Shown here in pieces: positions 25,996 to 38,093 of a stretch of 64,000 nt of DNA. A model generated the notes under the pieces. It worked only from the letters and a program-made list of their open reading frames with translations, made no database searches and was not told the DNA's origin. Each line of letters opens with the position of its first letter. Position 1 is the stretch's first letter. Source of the DNA: Octopus vulgaris (taxonomy: Eukaryota); NCBI GenBank assembly GCA_951406725.2, contig OX597817.1, forward strand, positions 13,640,001 through 13,704,000, read 5' to 3'. The position numbers were made by a program, and so were the translations under genes.

Positions 25996-26169
25996 TAGGA
26001 AAGCACATTGATAAGTGAGGGAACATGATAAAGATGAGATTAATGAAAAAAGGGGGAGAGAAGTGTATGAAAACTTAATATGAACATAAAGGCCAGGGGG
26101 CGCCCCAAATGTATATATTATACATCCTAATCTCTTTCAAGACTAGCAACATCATTTCTATATCCACAG

Positions 26170-26356
26170 GGCTGTGCAGGTGGCACGTAAAAAGCACCCA
26201 CTACACTCGCGGAGTGGTTGGCGTTAGGAAAGGCATCCAGCTGTAGAAACACTGCCAGATCAGACTGGAGCCTGGTGCAGCCCCTGGCTTCCCAGACCCC
26301 GGTCGAACCATCCAACCCGTGCTAGCGTGGAAAACGGACGTTAAACGATGATGACG
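26170..26356 (+). mobile_element. Retroposon family C (3' part)
   Basis: Ends GGAAAACGGACGTTAAACGATGATGACGAT. Confidence 0.8.
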
Positions 26357-26830
26357 ATTGTCCATGCTTGGGTCTAGCAGGTCTTTACCAACACAGGGCT
26401 TCACCATAAGCAGTGATCCTTTGTCATTTCCTTTAAGGGGGTCCAGTATTTTGTGACCAATTTTCAGCACTATATTCCATGTCTTCATTGGCCTGCCTAT
26501 TCTACAGGATCTATCCTCTTTGAGCATCCAGCACTTGTTTATACAACTGGTATTTTCCATATACCTCAATGCTAATACTGATGTAGTCTAATCTCTTCTA
26601 TACTATATTTAATTCTTCAAAATGTTATGTTTTACTCTCAGTTCATTTGTGCCCCAACTGTTCATACTCACTAGCATTACACATCCAACAAGGCATGTAC
26701 ATCTCATTCCTTTTCAACCTACACAAATCCCCACATTCATGGCCTGGTTTTCACTCCCAAAAGCATCATAAAATCTACTTTTCACTTTGAGAATAACTAT
26801 TTGCTGTCAACAGAGGTAAAAGTTCCCTGA
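26357..26830 (-). mobile_element. Decayed RTE LINE 3' fragment
   Basis: Remnant KCWMLKEDRSCRIGRPMKTW resembles the RTE C-terminal RGRPRKTW motif. Confidence 0.65.
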
Positions 26831-26842
26831 ACATTTTCTTAA

Positions 26843-27237
26843 TCTTTATTGCCCACAAGGGGCTAAACAAGGACAGACGAAGAGATTAAGTCAATTGCAT
26901 CGACCCCAGTGCATAACTGGTACTTAATTTATCGACCCTGAAAGGATGAAAGACAAAGTCGACCACGATGGAATTTGAACTCAGAACGTAACAGCAGACT
27001 AAATACCTATTTCTTTATTACCCACAAGGGGCTAAACATAGAGGGGACAAACAAGGACAGACATAGGTATTAAGTCGATTACATCGACCCCAGTGCATAA
27101 CTGGTACTTAATTTATCGACCCCAAAAGGATGAAAGACAAAGTCGACCCCGATGGAATTTGAACTCAGAACGTAACGGCAGACTAAATACCGCTAAGCAT
27201 TTCGCTTGGTGTGCTAATGTTTCTGCCAGCTCACCCC
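26843..27237 (-). mobile_element. Two tandem or nested SINE family B copies
   Basis: Reverse-complement family B core occurs twice. Confidence 0.85.
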
Positions 27238-28234
27238 TGAACATTTTCTACTCAGTTTTTACTCTGGTAATTATTCTTTCAGAACATCCCCCATCTTCAC
27301 AGTTAATTAGATCATACAGGTTACTAAAGCTATCACCTATTTCTAGGGAGCTTTCTGAATATTTGAAGGATTTGTTTGATATATACTTTTACTGTTAACT
27401 GTACTTACGCCCCTACCATACATTAACTCAACAATCCCTGTGATTCCAGTAAACCTGCTGTGCATTCATAGTTTATAGAGAGTAAACCATATGAAATCCC
27501 TACTTACTCCTTATCTATATATCAAGCCTGGTTAGTTTCCTGGTAGCTGCAGAGTCCTGTTTTGTTTTTTTGTTATTTTTATGCTAAGTAAAACTTTTGT
27601 CTTTGATAAGTTAAGTTTATTTTGAGGTCTATTTACAAGTTTGGAATTCTTTCTCTAAACCATTGACTTATTCAGGTGTGAGAAGTCATTGGCATACAGG
27701 AGTATTCAATGAAAATCAGTCATAAACTCACCTGTTATGGACTGGGAAACTATAATAAACAGAAAGGGGCTAATAACTGAGCCCTAATATACACCAACCT
27801 ACATGCTAAATTCAATGCTGAATTGTTAACTCTCACTTGGATTAGGTTGAGTAGCTTGCTCCCATTTAAGCATGTCTGTAGTTGCCTGATTAGGAACTAG
27901 GAAAAGAGCATCAAGAGTATCCCATCCTCAATCCTAGCATAAACCCAAACTGCATCTCATCCAGACTAAGACATAGGCACGTGATAACTGAAGAAGTAAG
28001 AAAAATTAAAATGAAATTATTTTCAATCTATTTTAATATAATTGGTGGGGAGACAAAAACTAGGGTCCTGAACTTGTTTTTTTCTTTTTTTTTAGTGAAA
28101 ACCCTCCAAAACTGGAGTTAACTCCATCAACATCCATTTTTTTTTTGTAACTCTTTAGCATTCAGATTCTTCTGTCAAAGGTAATATTTATTTATTCACA
28201 CTGTTTTGACTTAATCATGCATTATCTCATACCT

Positions 28235-28471
28235 ATTTCTTTATTGCCCACAAGGGGCTAAACACAGAGGGGACAAACAAGGACAGACATAGGTATTAAG
28301 TCGATTACATCAACCCCAGTGCGTAACTGGTACTTTAATTTATTGACCCCCAAAGGATGAAAAGCAAAGTCGACCTCGGCGGAATTTGAACTCAGAACGT
28401 AACGGCAGACGAAATACGGCTACGCATTTCGCCCGGCGTGCTAACGTTTCTGCTAGCTCGCAACCTTAACA
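28235..28471 (-). mobile_element. SINE family B inserted in a piggyBac-like MITE
   Basis: TSD ATCTCATACCT at 28224-28234 and 28472-28482. The host MITE spans about 28147-28622. Confidence 0.88.
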
Positions 28472-28829
28472 ATCTCATACCTTTGAGATTTTGAAGATAT
28501 GATTGTTTATTTGCAGAATGACATTGTAGGGCAGGTGTGAGAGATCAGATCTGTCCTATTTGAACATAAAGTAAGTAGAATATTTTGGCTGGATACGGCT
28601 GGTTTAAATGGTAAAGAGTTAAGTCTGCCTTTTCCATGAGGGTATGGGTTGGATAAAACACATTAAGGCAGTATTCTATGGTCAGGCGCCATTCCTAATG
28701 CTGATCCCTACCATTTTCCAAAGTAGTGTACTGTATTCCACAACTTTGCACGAACTACCAAGCAGACAGACCCTTTGGTTTATGAAGGAAATAAACAACA
28801 TCTCAGCTAGTGACATCAAAACTGATAGA

Positions 28830-29970
28830 CAAGCTTACAAAAGTAACAGAGATATATAGCATAGGTGATTAGGAAGAGGATTAACTGAGATACAACTGAG
28901 TTTTATAATAGAACAAGGTATTACTGATACCCACTTTCTCCTAAGGCATTTTACATAAGTTCTTAGATGAAAGTGTTGTTCTGGACAAAGCTTTTACTGG
29001 GTATTCTGCTCTGTAGTTTAGCAATTGCTAACAAAAACAGGCACAGATTAATGATTTGTAAGAACTGTGTGAGACATGTCCAGAGATGCTGTTGGGAAAG
29101 TGAGTGTTGGTAACAAATTTAGTGAGAAACTTAGTAAGCCGGTAGGTATTTATCAGGGGCTTGGTTCTCAACCCTCTCTTATTTATCATTAAGTCTAACA
29201 AAAGAGCTTAAGACCAGCAATCCTAGGGAAATTCTATATGACAACGAACAAGTTCTAATTGCTGAGTCTACTGAAAATTTAGAGAAGGTTTTGTGTGTAG
29301 TAGATGTATAGGAATAGTTAGTAATAAGAGTCTCAGTGAAATAAATTCTTTCAAAACCTCAGGATGCTCCCAAGATAATGTTGATAGCTCCTCTTGGCAA
29401 GGTGACCAATATACCAATATAGAGGGTGTTCCAAAAGAATGGTAGCAAGAATGAGACAGAAAAAGTTCAAGAGGCTATTATTTTTGTTAGTGACAAAGAG
29501 ATTGTCTTTCTGAGTGAAAGGTAGATTGTATGATGCAGGCAATGCAATATTGCACTAATGAAACATGGGTATTAAATCCAGAAGATGTGTGAAGGCTGGG
29601 AAAAAAAAAAAAAAACTGAAGCAAGCATGCTATGCTGGATGTGTAATGCTAATGTGCATGAACGATGGAATACAAATGAGCTGAGAGGAAAATTGGTATA
29701 TGAGAAATTATATGCAGTGTGCAAAAGGGGAAACTGCGCTGGTACAGACATGTGATGCATATGGGGAATGGCATAAGGGTACTGTGGTACCAAGTAATCC
29801 AAGTGGAAGGAACCTGTGGAAGAAGTGGTGTGAACTGATTGCAGAAGGTTGAATCTTAACAAATAGAAAACAAAGGAACACAGCACATGGCAAGATTTTG
29901 TGGTGGAGAAAACTTGTTCGATCCATGCAAGCATGGAAAAAAATGGACATAAAATAATGATTCTGATGAT
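28830..29970 (+). mobile_element. Decayed RTE-clade LINE, 3' part of the reverse transcriptase ORF
   Basis: Frameshifted remnants GIYQG..LVLNPLLFII, EILYDNEQVLIAE (degenerate YADD), VKGRLYDA, EASMLCWMCN, LRWYRHVMH. The tail resembles family C. Confidence 0.8.
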
Positions 29971-31091
29971 GGTATATATACACTCTTACACACACATATA
30001 CATGTATATGTATGCATGCGCATATATATATATATACACACACATAAACATATATACATACATGTACACACATGTATGTGTATATATATGTATGTGTGTG
30101 TGTATGTATATATATATATACTACCTAGCAGTCTTGCCCTGTCAATATACATATATATGATGATGATGATGATGATGATGATATATATATATATCCCTCT
30201 CTCTCTTTCGGAGAGGCACAAGCACCTACACGCACATATACACACACGGCAGTAACTTCCACCTACCGAATTCAATCACAAAGCTCCGGTCAGCTTGGGG
30301 CTATAGTGAAAGACACCTACCCAAAGTGCCACGCAGTGGGACTGAACCCAAAACCACATAGCTAGGAAGCAAGCTCCCTAACCACACAGCCATATATGTA
30401 TATTGACAGGGCAAGACTGCTAGGTAGTATATATATATACATACACACACACATACATATATATACACATACATGTGTGTACATGTATGTATATATGTTT
30501 ATACACATGTATGTGTATATATATGTATGTGTGTATGTATATATATACTACCTAGCAGTCTTGCCCTGTCAATATACATATATATATATATATGATGATG
30601 ATGATGATGATGATGATGATATATATATATATGTATATTGACAGGGCAAGACTGCTACACACACACACATATACTCAAACACACACCAACACATTAAACA
30701 GAAACAAAGGCGTACCTTTCTGTTGTTTATATTACGTTTATGGCTGAGAAATTATTCATATTTATATCAAACCTGTAACTGAATTGAATATTGCCCCATA
30801 AATTGTAATTAGTATTCAATTAGCTGAAACAAGAAGCACCTGCCTGAACATCTAAATACAAAGAGCAAGTCTGGAGTGCAAGTACTAAGAAATCTGTATA
30901 ACAAAAGACAGGTATTATTAGTCTGAAATTAATGCATTCAAAATCATATATATAGAAGATCAACCATGACATTTGCATCCAACATTATAAACTGAACATA
31001 TAGTTCAAAAGCCAAGTGCCACAACAGATATATTAAGAATATATATTCGAAAATAATCTGATAGATTTTTATGTTTTTGTTTATAAATCAT

Positions 31092-31628
31092 AGGCGCAGG
31101 AGTGGCTGTGTGGTAAGTAGCTTGCTAACCAACCACATGGTTGGTTCAGTCCCACTGCGTGGCATCTTGGGCAAGTGTCTTCTGCTATAGCCCCGGGCCG
31201 ACCAATGCCCCGTGAGTGGATTTGGTAGACGGAAACTGAAAGAAGCCTGTCGTATATATGTATATATATATATGGTCTCTTTTGTCGAACCGCTAAGTGA
31301 CGGGGACGTAAACACACCAGCATCGGTTGTCAAGCACTGCTAGGGGGACAGACACACAAACACACACACATTTTTTTTTTTTTTTTTTAAAAAAAAAAAA
31401 TGTGTATGTGTGTGTGTTTGTGTGTCTGTCCCCCTAGCAGTGCTTGACAACCGATGCTGGTGTGTTTACGTCCCCGTCACTTAGCGGTTCGGCAAAAGAG
31501 ACCGATAGAATAAGTACTGGGCTTACAAAAGAATAAGTCCCGGGGTCGAGTTGCTCGACTAAAGGCGGTGCTCCAGCATGGCCGCAGTCAAATGACTGAA
31601 ACAAGTAAAAGAATAAAAGAATAAAAGA
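31092..31628 (+). mobile_element. SINE family A with an internal inverted duplication
   Basis: Head at 31092, tail at about 31628. Segment 31274-31370 is the reverse complement of 31400-31503. Confidence 0.88.
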
Positions 31629-33085
31629 AAATCAAGCGATAATTACTTGGAAGACTCTTGCACAGAACAGGTGTATTGAGAGGGGTATCAGAAGCCCTAT
31701 ACACAAGTTAGGGATTTGACCAGATTCTGTGCCTTCAACATGGATTATGCTTATTCACACATATGCTCATATAGTTGTGTGTGTGTGTGTGTGTGTGTGA
31801 ACATATCATTAGGGAAGTATAAGTTGTATTGTTGTCAGTGGTGATTGAGTTGGTGTATGATTAAATGTTTTCCAGCCATGACCCTCCTCTCATTTATTTC
31901 AGAAACAATGGATAGAGCCCGGATTATCAAATGAGTGGATATTTTTTTCTCTGTTTTTTTTGAAGACATTAGAAAGTGATTTTAGGGATATTTAAGTGTT
32001 ATTTCCAGCAGACCGAGAGACCACACAGAACCCTCCCACGTCCATACACTTGAGAAAGTAAATGATGTTTGCATTGGCAGAGATAGCAACTTCAATCCTT
32101 TCATATATCCCTGCTTAATCCCATTTCTCTTTGATCAGTTCTGATCAAATTTATTCTTAATCCAGCTCTGTCTGACTGGCTGCTGCTGCTGTTGTTGCTA
32201 CCTATTACTTCTACCTAAAGAAACTATTTTATTATTTTTTTTTTATCTACATCATCCAATTTTATCAAATTAATCAGACCATCTGTAACTGCCCTTAATA
32301 CATCCAACATCAGATAACTTTTAATTCCCATCATTTTTCTTAGCACACAAGTCTTATTTTAATAATCAATAAAACACACCCAGGTTGATATTGATTTGCG
32401 CAATTTCATTTTCTTTAACCAAATTTTGATATTATACATAATCACATGCCTGATACAGATATCATAATTAAGCCTTTGTAAAGAAAATCCTTTTCCCACA
32501 GAGCAAAGCAGGTTTTCTTAACCCATTCAGTAAATATAAACTCTTATCTTTATGTTAATATTGGCCCTACCCTATGGAAGAACTCATCAACCAATTTTAC
32601 TGAGAACTGCAGCTGGTTGAGACACTCATTATTGTAGGCTTAGTTCATCTACCTTTAAACAGGTACAGTGAATAGATACAGCTAACTCCTGTGAAATACA
32701 TGAGCAGATCAAATCCACCTATGGACCTGGAGAAAACAATGGAAAACCATTTCAGTTGTCTCAGATAACCATAACCATAGAAACCAGGTTATTGTTCTAA
32801 TTTTGGGCTCTAAGAGTGATAGCTGGTGTGCAACTCATGTGAGATTCATCAAACACAGGTATGAACCATCAGGTGAGTATCTTATGCAACTACATGGTAT
32901 TTCTAAATAATTCCATGGTTACCGTTACTGAATCCTTACAATGACCATAACATCCAGTATGGAAGAAATGCCTGCTAAATGTATAGTTAATTATTTCTTT
33001 TTCTGATGGATATAATCGGAAATGCATGTGCCTCTTGTAGTGCCTACAGATTACATTCCAAACAAAAGGATTTCTTTCTCTAGGT

Positions 33086-33434
33086 CAGTAATTCCCACAT
33101 GGGGCATGCTTCCTACTGGAGAAGCCTGGGAAAATTGTGGTAGGGTATAGGATCCAAAATTTTTTTCTTTATTTTTAGTGGGACATGGAAATGTGAAAAT
33201 CTTTTCTTTTTCTTAGTCAATAATGTACTTGTTTTATTGTACTCAGTACTAAATAAAAGAGTTATTGGCAGATTCTTTTGTATTAAGTAATTGTGATAAA
33301 ATATTAAAAATGACCATCCCCAAATATAACAATATTAAAAATAAAGTTGGGTTTTTTTTTTTACCACTGGTGGGGCATACATTTTTCTAGAAAGTTATAG
33401 TGGGGCCTGGGGGAAGATAGGTTGGGAAACACTG
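33086..33434. mobile_element. hAT (Charlie-like) MITE
   Basis: Ends CAGTAATTCCCA / TGGGAAACACTG, with 8-bp TSD CTCTAGGT / CTCTAGAT. Confidence 0.78.
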
Positions 33435-33596
33435 CTCTAGATAATCAACAAGATCACTTTCTAGTTGATGAGTTATAGAGATCTGAAAATGGTCATGCCA
33501 TTCCACAAACTTGGCTGAGTGGTTAAGAAGTAGGCTTCAAAATGGCTTCAGATTTATTCTGTTACATCTTAATAACTCGACTGATTCTTTGTTTAT

Positions 33597-33817
33597 CCCT
33601 TTAGCATTTAAACCGGCCATATCCGGCCAAAATATTCTCCCCTGTTTTATGTTCAAATTGGCCAGATCTGGCCTCTCACACCAGCCCTACAATATAATTC
33701 TAAAAATGAATAGTTACTTCATCAAAATCTCAAAGCTACAAGATAATGCAGGATTAATTTAAAACAATGTGAATAAATAAGCATTGCTTTTGACAAAATA
33801 ATACAAATGCTAAAGGG
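33597..33817. mobile_element. piggyBac-like MITE (same family as 20418-20638)
   Basis: CCCTTTAGCATTT ... AAATGCTAAAGGG flanked by TTAT on both sides. Confidence 0.82.
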
Positions 33818-34057
33818 TTATTCTCCTTCTTGTTGTTTAGAAGAGATCTTCTAAACTTCGAAGCAAACTGTTCTCAAGTTAAGCATTGAAAGATATGTTG
33901 TGTTGCACCTTGAGCAAGTGTCTTCTACCATAGCTTTGGGTCAACCCTTCCACCAAGAATAAATTAGATCAGAACTGATTGAAGAGAAGTGGAGTTAAAT
34001 GGAGGATATGTGAAAAGATTGAAGTAGTTATTCCTGCCAACTCAGCATATGGAGTTG

Positions 34058-34225
34058 GCGCAGGAGTGGCTGTGTGGTAAGTAGCTTGCTAACCAGCCAC
34101 ATGGTTCCGGGTTCAGTCTCACTGCGTGGCATCTTGGGCAAGTGTCTTCTGCTATAGCCCCGGGCCGACCAATGCCTTGTGAGTGGATTTGGTAGACGGA
34201 AACTGAACGAAGCCTGTCGTATGTA

Positions 34226-34261
<36 letters not shown>

Positions 34262-34480
34262 AGTGTGTGTTTGTGTGTCTGTGTTTGTCTCCCTAGCATT
34301 GCATGACAACCAATGCTGGTGTGTTTACGTCCCCGTCACTTAGTGGTTCGGCAAAAGAGACCGATAGAATAAGTACTGGGCTTACAAAGAATAAGTCCCG
34401 GGGGTCGATTTGCTCGACTAAAGGCTGTGCTCCAGCATGGCCACAGTCGTATGACTGAAACAAGTAAAAGAGAAAAGAGT
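34058..34480 (+). mobile_element. SINE family A
   Basis: Matches 483-896. Confidence 0.9.
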
Positions 34481-35235
34481 ATATACTTTATCAAGCGAAT
34501 AGATAGGTAGAAGGGGAAGGGGGTGCTCTATATAGTCATGTATCCTGCTACAAACAGTTCCCAAATCACCTTCAAACCACACTCTATTATCTTTAAAAAA
34601 ACACTTGGTTGATAACATGGTCTGTATGTGCCATGTCTGAAAAAAAAAACAGAATGGTTGTAGCTGGAACATCTTTGATAACAGGTTTACTTGATCAAGG
34701 TTAACATGATTGCACAGTTCCATCCGGAGAAACTGTGTGGAAGACAATCAGAGACCCATTGTGTTTTTCCAGTGGTTACAATTAATCTGTCATTCAGTAA
34801 AACACCACTCCTTTGAGTGTCTTGATTCAAGGTAACTCAGTTGCAAGAATTTAATCAAGGCCACTAGCCTAAGAATAACTTCCTTTCTTCCTCCCACCAA
34901 TAACAGATACCCTGAAAAGGGTCATGGCAGATGCCCTTCCACCTCTGACAGAAAAAAAAAATTAAGTTTGGAATTTAGGTGTTGTGGAAGTTGACGCTAA
35001 CCCTGAATGCAAAAGCAATAAAGTCCTGACTCAACGTAGTAATAACTGAAAAAGTTGATACTAAAATAGTTTAACAATAATTATACTCTTTAAAAAAACG
35101 TTTTTTTTAAAATTTATTTACTTTGTGCACAAATCATAAATTAATCCTGTTGGAACTCCAGAATACTACTGAACTAACAGCTGTCCTTCAAACATGAATG
35201 ATCTCTTAAAATGTTTGAATGCAGTAAGATGTGTT

Positions 35236-35680
35236 CATCATCATCATCATCATCGTTTAACGTCCGTTTTCCGCGCTAGCACGGGTTGGACGGTTCGACC
35301 GGGGATCTGGGAAGCCAGAAGGCTGCACCAGGCTCCAGTCTGATCTGGCAGAGTTTCTATAGCTGGATGCCCTTCCTAACGCCAACCACTCCACGAGTGT
35401 AGTGGGTGCTTTTTACGTGCCACCTGTACAGGTGCCAGGGGGGTCCGGCATTGGCCACGATCGGTTGGTGCTTTTAACGTGCCACCGGCACGGAAGCCAG
35501 CCAAGGCGGAGCTGGCATCAGCCACGTTCGGATGGTGCTGTTTATGTGCCACCGGCACTGGAGCCAGTCGAGGCGGCGCTGGCATCGGCCACATTCGGAT
35601 GGTGCTTTTTATGTACCACCGGCAGAGAAGACAATCGAGGCGGCGCTGGCAACGGCCACGTTCGGATGGTGCTTTTTATG
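35236..35680 (-). mobile_element. Retroposon family C with about five internal units
   Basis: (CAT)n end plus repeated GGTGCTTTTTAYGTGCCACC units. Confidence 0.82.
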
Positions 35681-36437
35681 TTATGAGTTGATATTTCAGG
35701 ATTTATTCTCACTGATTAGATATGGCAATATTGATTTCCTTTGGCCACTCACAATGACAATTTTTGTTAGGAAATAGTCAACTGAATTGATATATCAATT
35801 GTGTTTATTTCACCAAATGTTGAGAGATAAAACGAAGTCATAAGCACTTTATCTGGTATGCTATGAACTCATCAAGCCTAAAAAATCTATGCCATGATTT
35901 ATTTCTGTTGTATCACAACTGTTTTAATTGACATTAATTTCATCATTGGCATCATAATAGTGGAGTAGCTAAATATCAGGTCTTTTAATTGAACAGTGAT
36001 GGATTTGTAAATGTTGTTGGTACTGTGCTTATACGCTAGCGAGGAAATAACTCTACCATTTCTTCCTATGCTTATTAAGTTTAGATTAGCAAGGAAGAGT
36101 GGTTAGAAAAAAAAATGACTCAGTGGTGAAATGTTATAATAACTGGAAACGACTTTAGTTGGTAGTTAACAATGCCAAAACTGAATCCTCTTATACAACA
36201 ATAGAAGGAATTAAAAAAAAAGAAAATAGGAATTTCACAATGAAACAAATACAATGCATAACAACTATGTAGGTGAGTGTGCCCAAATAAAGAAGTTGAT
36301 ACTTGGTGCTGTAAAATATATTACCATTGTCAACTTAATGTCTTATATGCATGATATTAACTATACTTAATTGGTGTAACAGACAAAGCCAAGCAGACTC
36401 TGAGCCAGTCTCATGTAAGAATGGAAAACTACACAAA

Positions 36438-36850
36438 GGCGCAGGAATGGCTGTGTGGTAAGTAGCTTGCTAACCAACCACATAGTTCCGGGTTCAGTCC
36501 CACTGCGTGGCATCTTGGGCAAGTGTTTTCTGCTATAGCCTCGGGGCTGACCAATGCCTTGTGAGTGGATTTGGTAGACGGAAACTGAAAGAAGCCTGTC
36601 GTATATATGTATATATATATATATATGTATGTGTGCGTCTGTGTTTGTTCCCCTAGCATTGCTTGACAACCGATGCTGGTGTGTTTACGTCCCCGTCACT
36701 TAGCAGTTCGGCAAAAGAGACCGATAGAATAAGTACTGGGCTTACAAAAAAAAAAAGAATAAGTCCCGGGGTCGAGTTGCTCGACTAAAGGCGGTGCTCC
36801 AGCATGGCCGCAGTCAAATGACTGAAACAAGTAAAAGAGTAAAGAGTAAA
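36438..36850 (+). mobile_element. SINE family A
   Basis: Matches 483-896. Confidence 0.9.
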
Positions 36851-37856
36851 TGAAATACTTCTGCTAAACTTCTTTTTAAGTTGATAGAATTGGGCCCATT
36901 TAAAAACAAATGTAATATATTATTTATCTTAGAAAAGCAAAGAGAAAACAGACATCTTAATGGAAGCTCAGAGAATAGAAGTAGTTTTAGAATTTCTGCA
37001 TCATCATATTTTCTCTATTTAAAATGATAAAAAACAAAAAAATGGTTTAGGGAGAATTTGACTGCATTGCATAAAAGTTGACATAGTGAATTACAAATAG
37101 CTCTATTGTGGACTTCTCAGGGTACAAAACAAGCCTTTACTTTGCTCCAAATGTGCCTGGGAGATTTTTGAGAATTTTTTGTCACCAACTTTAATTTGTA
37201 ATTCATATGTTGTTTTCAATAATGTAATCTAATATTTTAGAAACACAAAAAAAAATTTTGGGTGAGAGACTGCCTACTACAACTACTACTACGACGACGA
37301 CAACGACCTTGTACTAAAGTTAGAAATAGTTTTCCCAACTTTAAAAATTACCAAATTAGGAAACAGTTTCAGATTTACAACAAAATTCCTTTAAAACACA
37401 ATGCAAATCTCCAGTTGCCAGAAGTGAGCTTTTAATAAAGTCTTGCGGCATCGTTGCACCACTGAAAAAGGATTAACATTTCAGAAATGCACCACCCAAC
37501 ACTTTATTATGAAATACCTATTTTTTCACTTGTTTCAGGCAATGAACAGGGGGCCATGCTGGGGCACTGCCTTGACGGATTTAGCTGAACAAATCTATTC
37601 CAGTACATGTTTTTTTTTATAAAATCCAGTAGTTATTATATGAGTCTTAGTTGAAATGCTAAGTTACAAGGATATAAACAATCTATCACTAGTTGTCAAA
37701 CAGTGGTGAGGGACAAATACAAATACATACATATGATGGTTCTCTATCAAATCTACTCATATGCCCAAGGTGTCACACAGTGGAACTGAACCCAAAAACA
37801 CATGGTTGGGAAGCAAGGTACTTAACCACATAGCCACAGCAAATTTTAAACTATAT

Positions 37857-38093
37857 ACGTAAAAAGCACCATCCGACCGTGGCCGTTTGCCAGCCCCGTC
37901 TGGCACCTGTGCCGGTGGCACGTAAAAAGCACCCACTACACTCACGGAGTGGTTGGCGTTAGGAAGGGCATCCAGTCATAGAAACATTGCCGGATCAGAC
38001 TGGGCCTGGTGCAGCCTTCTGGCTTCCCAGACCCCAGTTGAATCGTCCAACCCATGCCAGCATGGAAAGCGGACGCTAAATGATGATGATGAT
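37857..38093 (+). mobile_element. Retroposon family C
   Basis: Ends GGAAAGCGGACGCTAAATGATGATGATGAT. Confidence 0.8.

Noticed and set aside
26091-26103. CTCF-like GGCCAGGGGGCGC (also AGGGGGCAC near 41513)
   Set aside because: Partial motif matches only, and the first lies at the edge of repeat-derived DNA.
32653-32726. Possible minus-strand exon (SIGGFDLLMYFTGVSCIYSLYLFK)
   Set aside because: Weak donor (GTAGAT), no recognisable homology, and such signals are expected by chance.
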